A program made the position numbers and the translations under genes. Below the pieces are notes generated by a model. It was not told where the DNA came from. It worked only from the letters and a program-made list of their open reading frames with translations, and ran no database searches. DNA of 64,000 bases from Octopus sinensis. Its lineage: Eukaryota. Positions 63,744 to 64,000 of the stretch are shown here, piece by piece; the stretch's first letter is position 1; every line of letters begins with the position of its first letter. The stretch covers positions 20,088,001 to 20,152,000 of the forward strand of contig NC_042999.1 in assembly GCF_006345805.1 (NCBI RefSeq), written 5' to 3'.

Positions 63744-64000
63744 TATATGGTTTTACCTTAACTTATTTTCTTTCATTTCTTCATTTTATTGTATCTTCTC
63801 TTGTGTTATGTTATTTCATGTTATTTTATTTCTTCTCATCTTTCTCCCTACCTTTTCTTTTAACAGTGTTACACTCTTATCTTACTAAATATATGAAATA
63901 TACTAAATATATATAGACAGAGATTTATAATAGTATAAAATACAATTATAATTAAGGCCATAGAAGAGACCATGTACATGCTGAAAATAGACACTAAATC

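Overview
AT-rich, microsatellite-dense eukaryotic non-coding DNA. The repeat families look like those of octopus (cephalopod) genomes; this is pattern recognition and was not verified by search. No host gene can be identified, and nearly all ORF-track entries are translations of microsatellites or repeats. The window is largely a mosaic of mobile elements. These include three tRNA-derived SINE families (called SINE-A, -B and -C here), RTE-clade LINE fragments with many free 3' tails, an R4/Dong-type RLE LINE fragment and a Penelope-like (GIY-YIG) element. DNA elements include a full-length decayed mariner, a mariner deletion derivative, and MITE-, hAT-, piggyBac- and Helentron-like elements. 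The most striking unexplained signal is at least seven minimal type-I hammerhead-ribozyme (HHR) motifs. They lie in mutually unrelated sequence families, mostly inside fold-back (inverted-end) structures. They include one in the Penelope 3' region, one G3-C8 covariant core, and one at the tail of a tRNA-headed SINE-like unit. Boundaries of decayed elements are approximate (about 10-20 nt).
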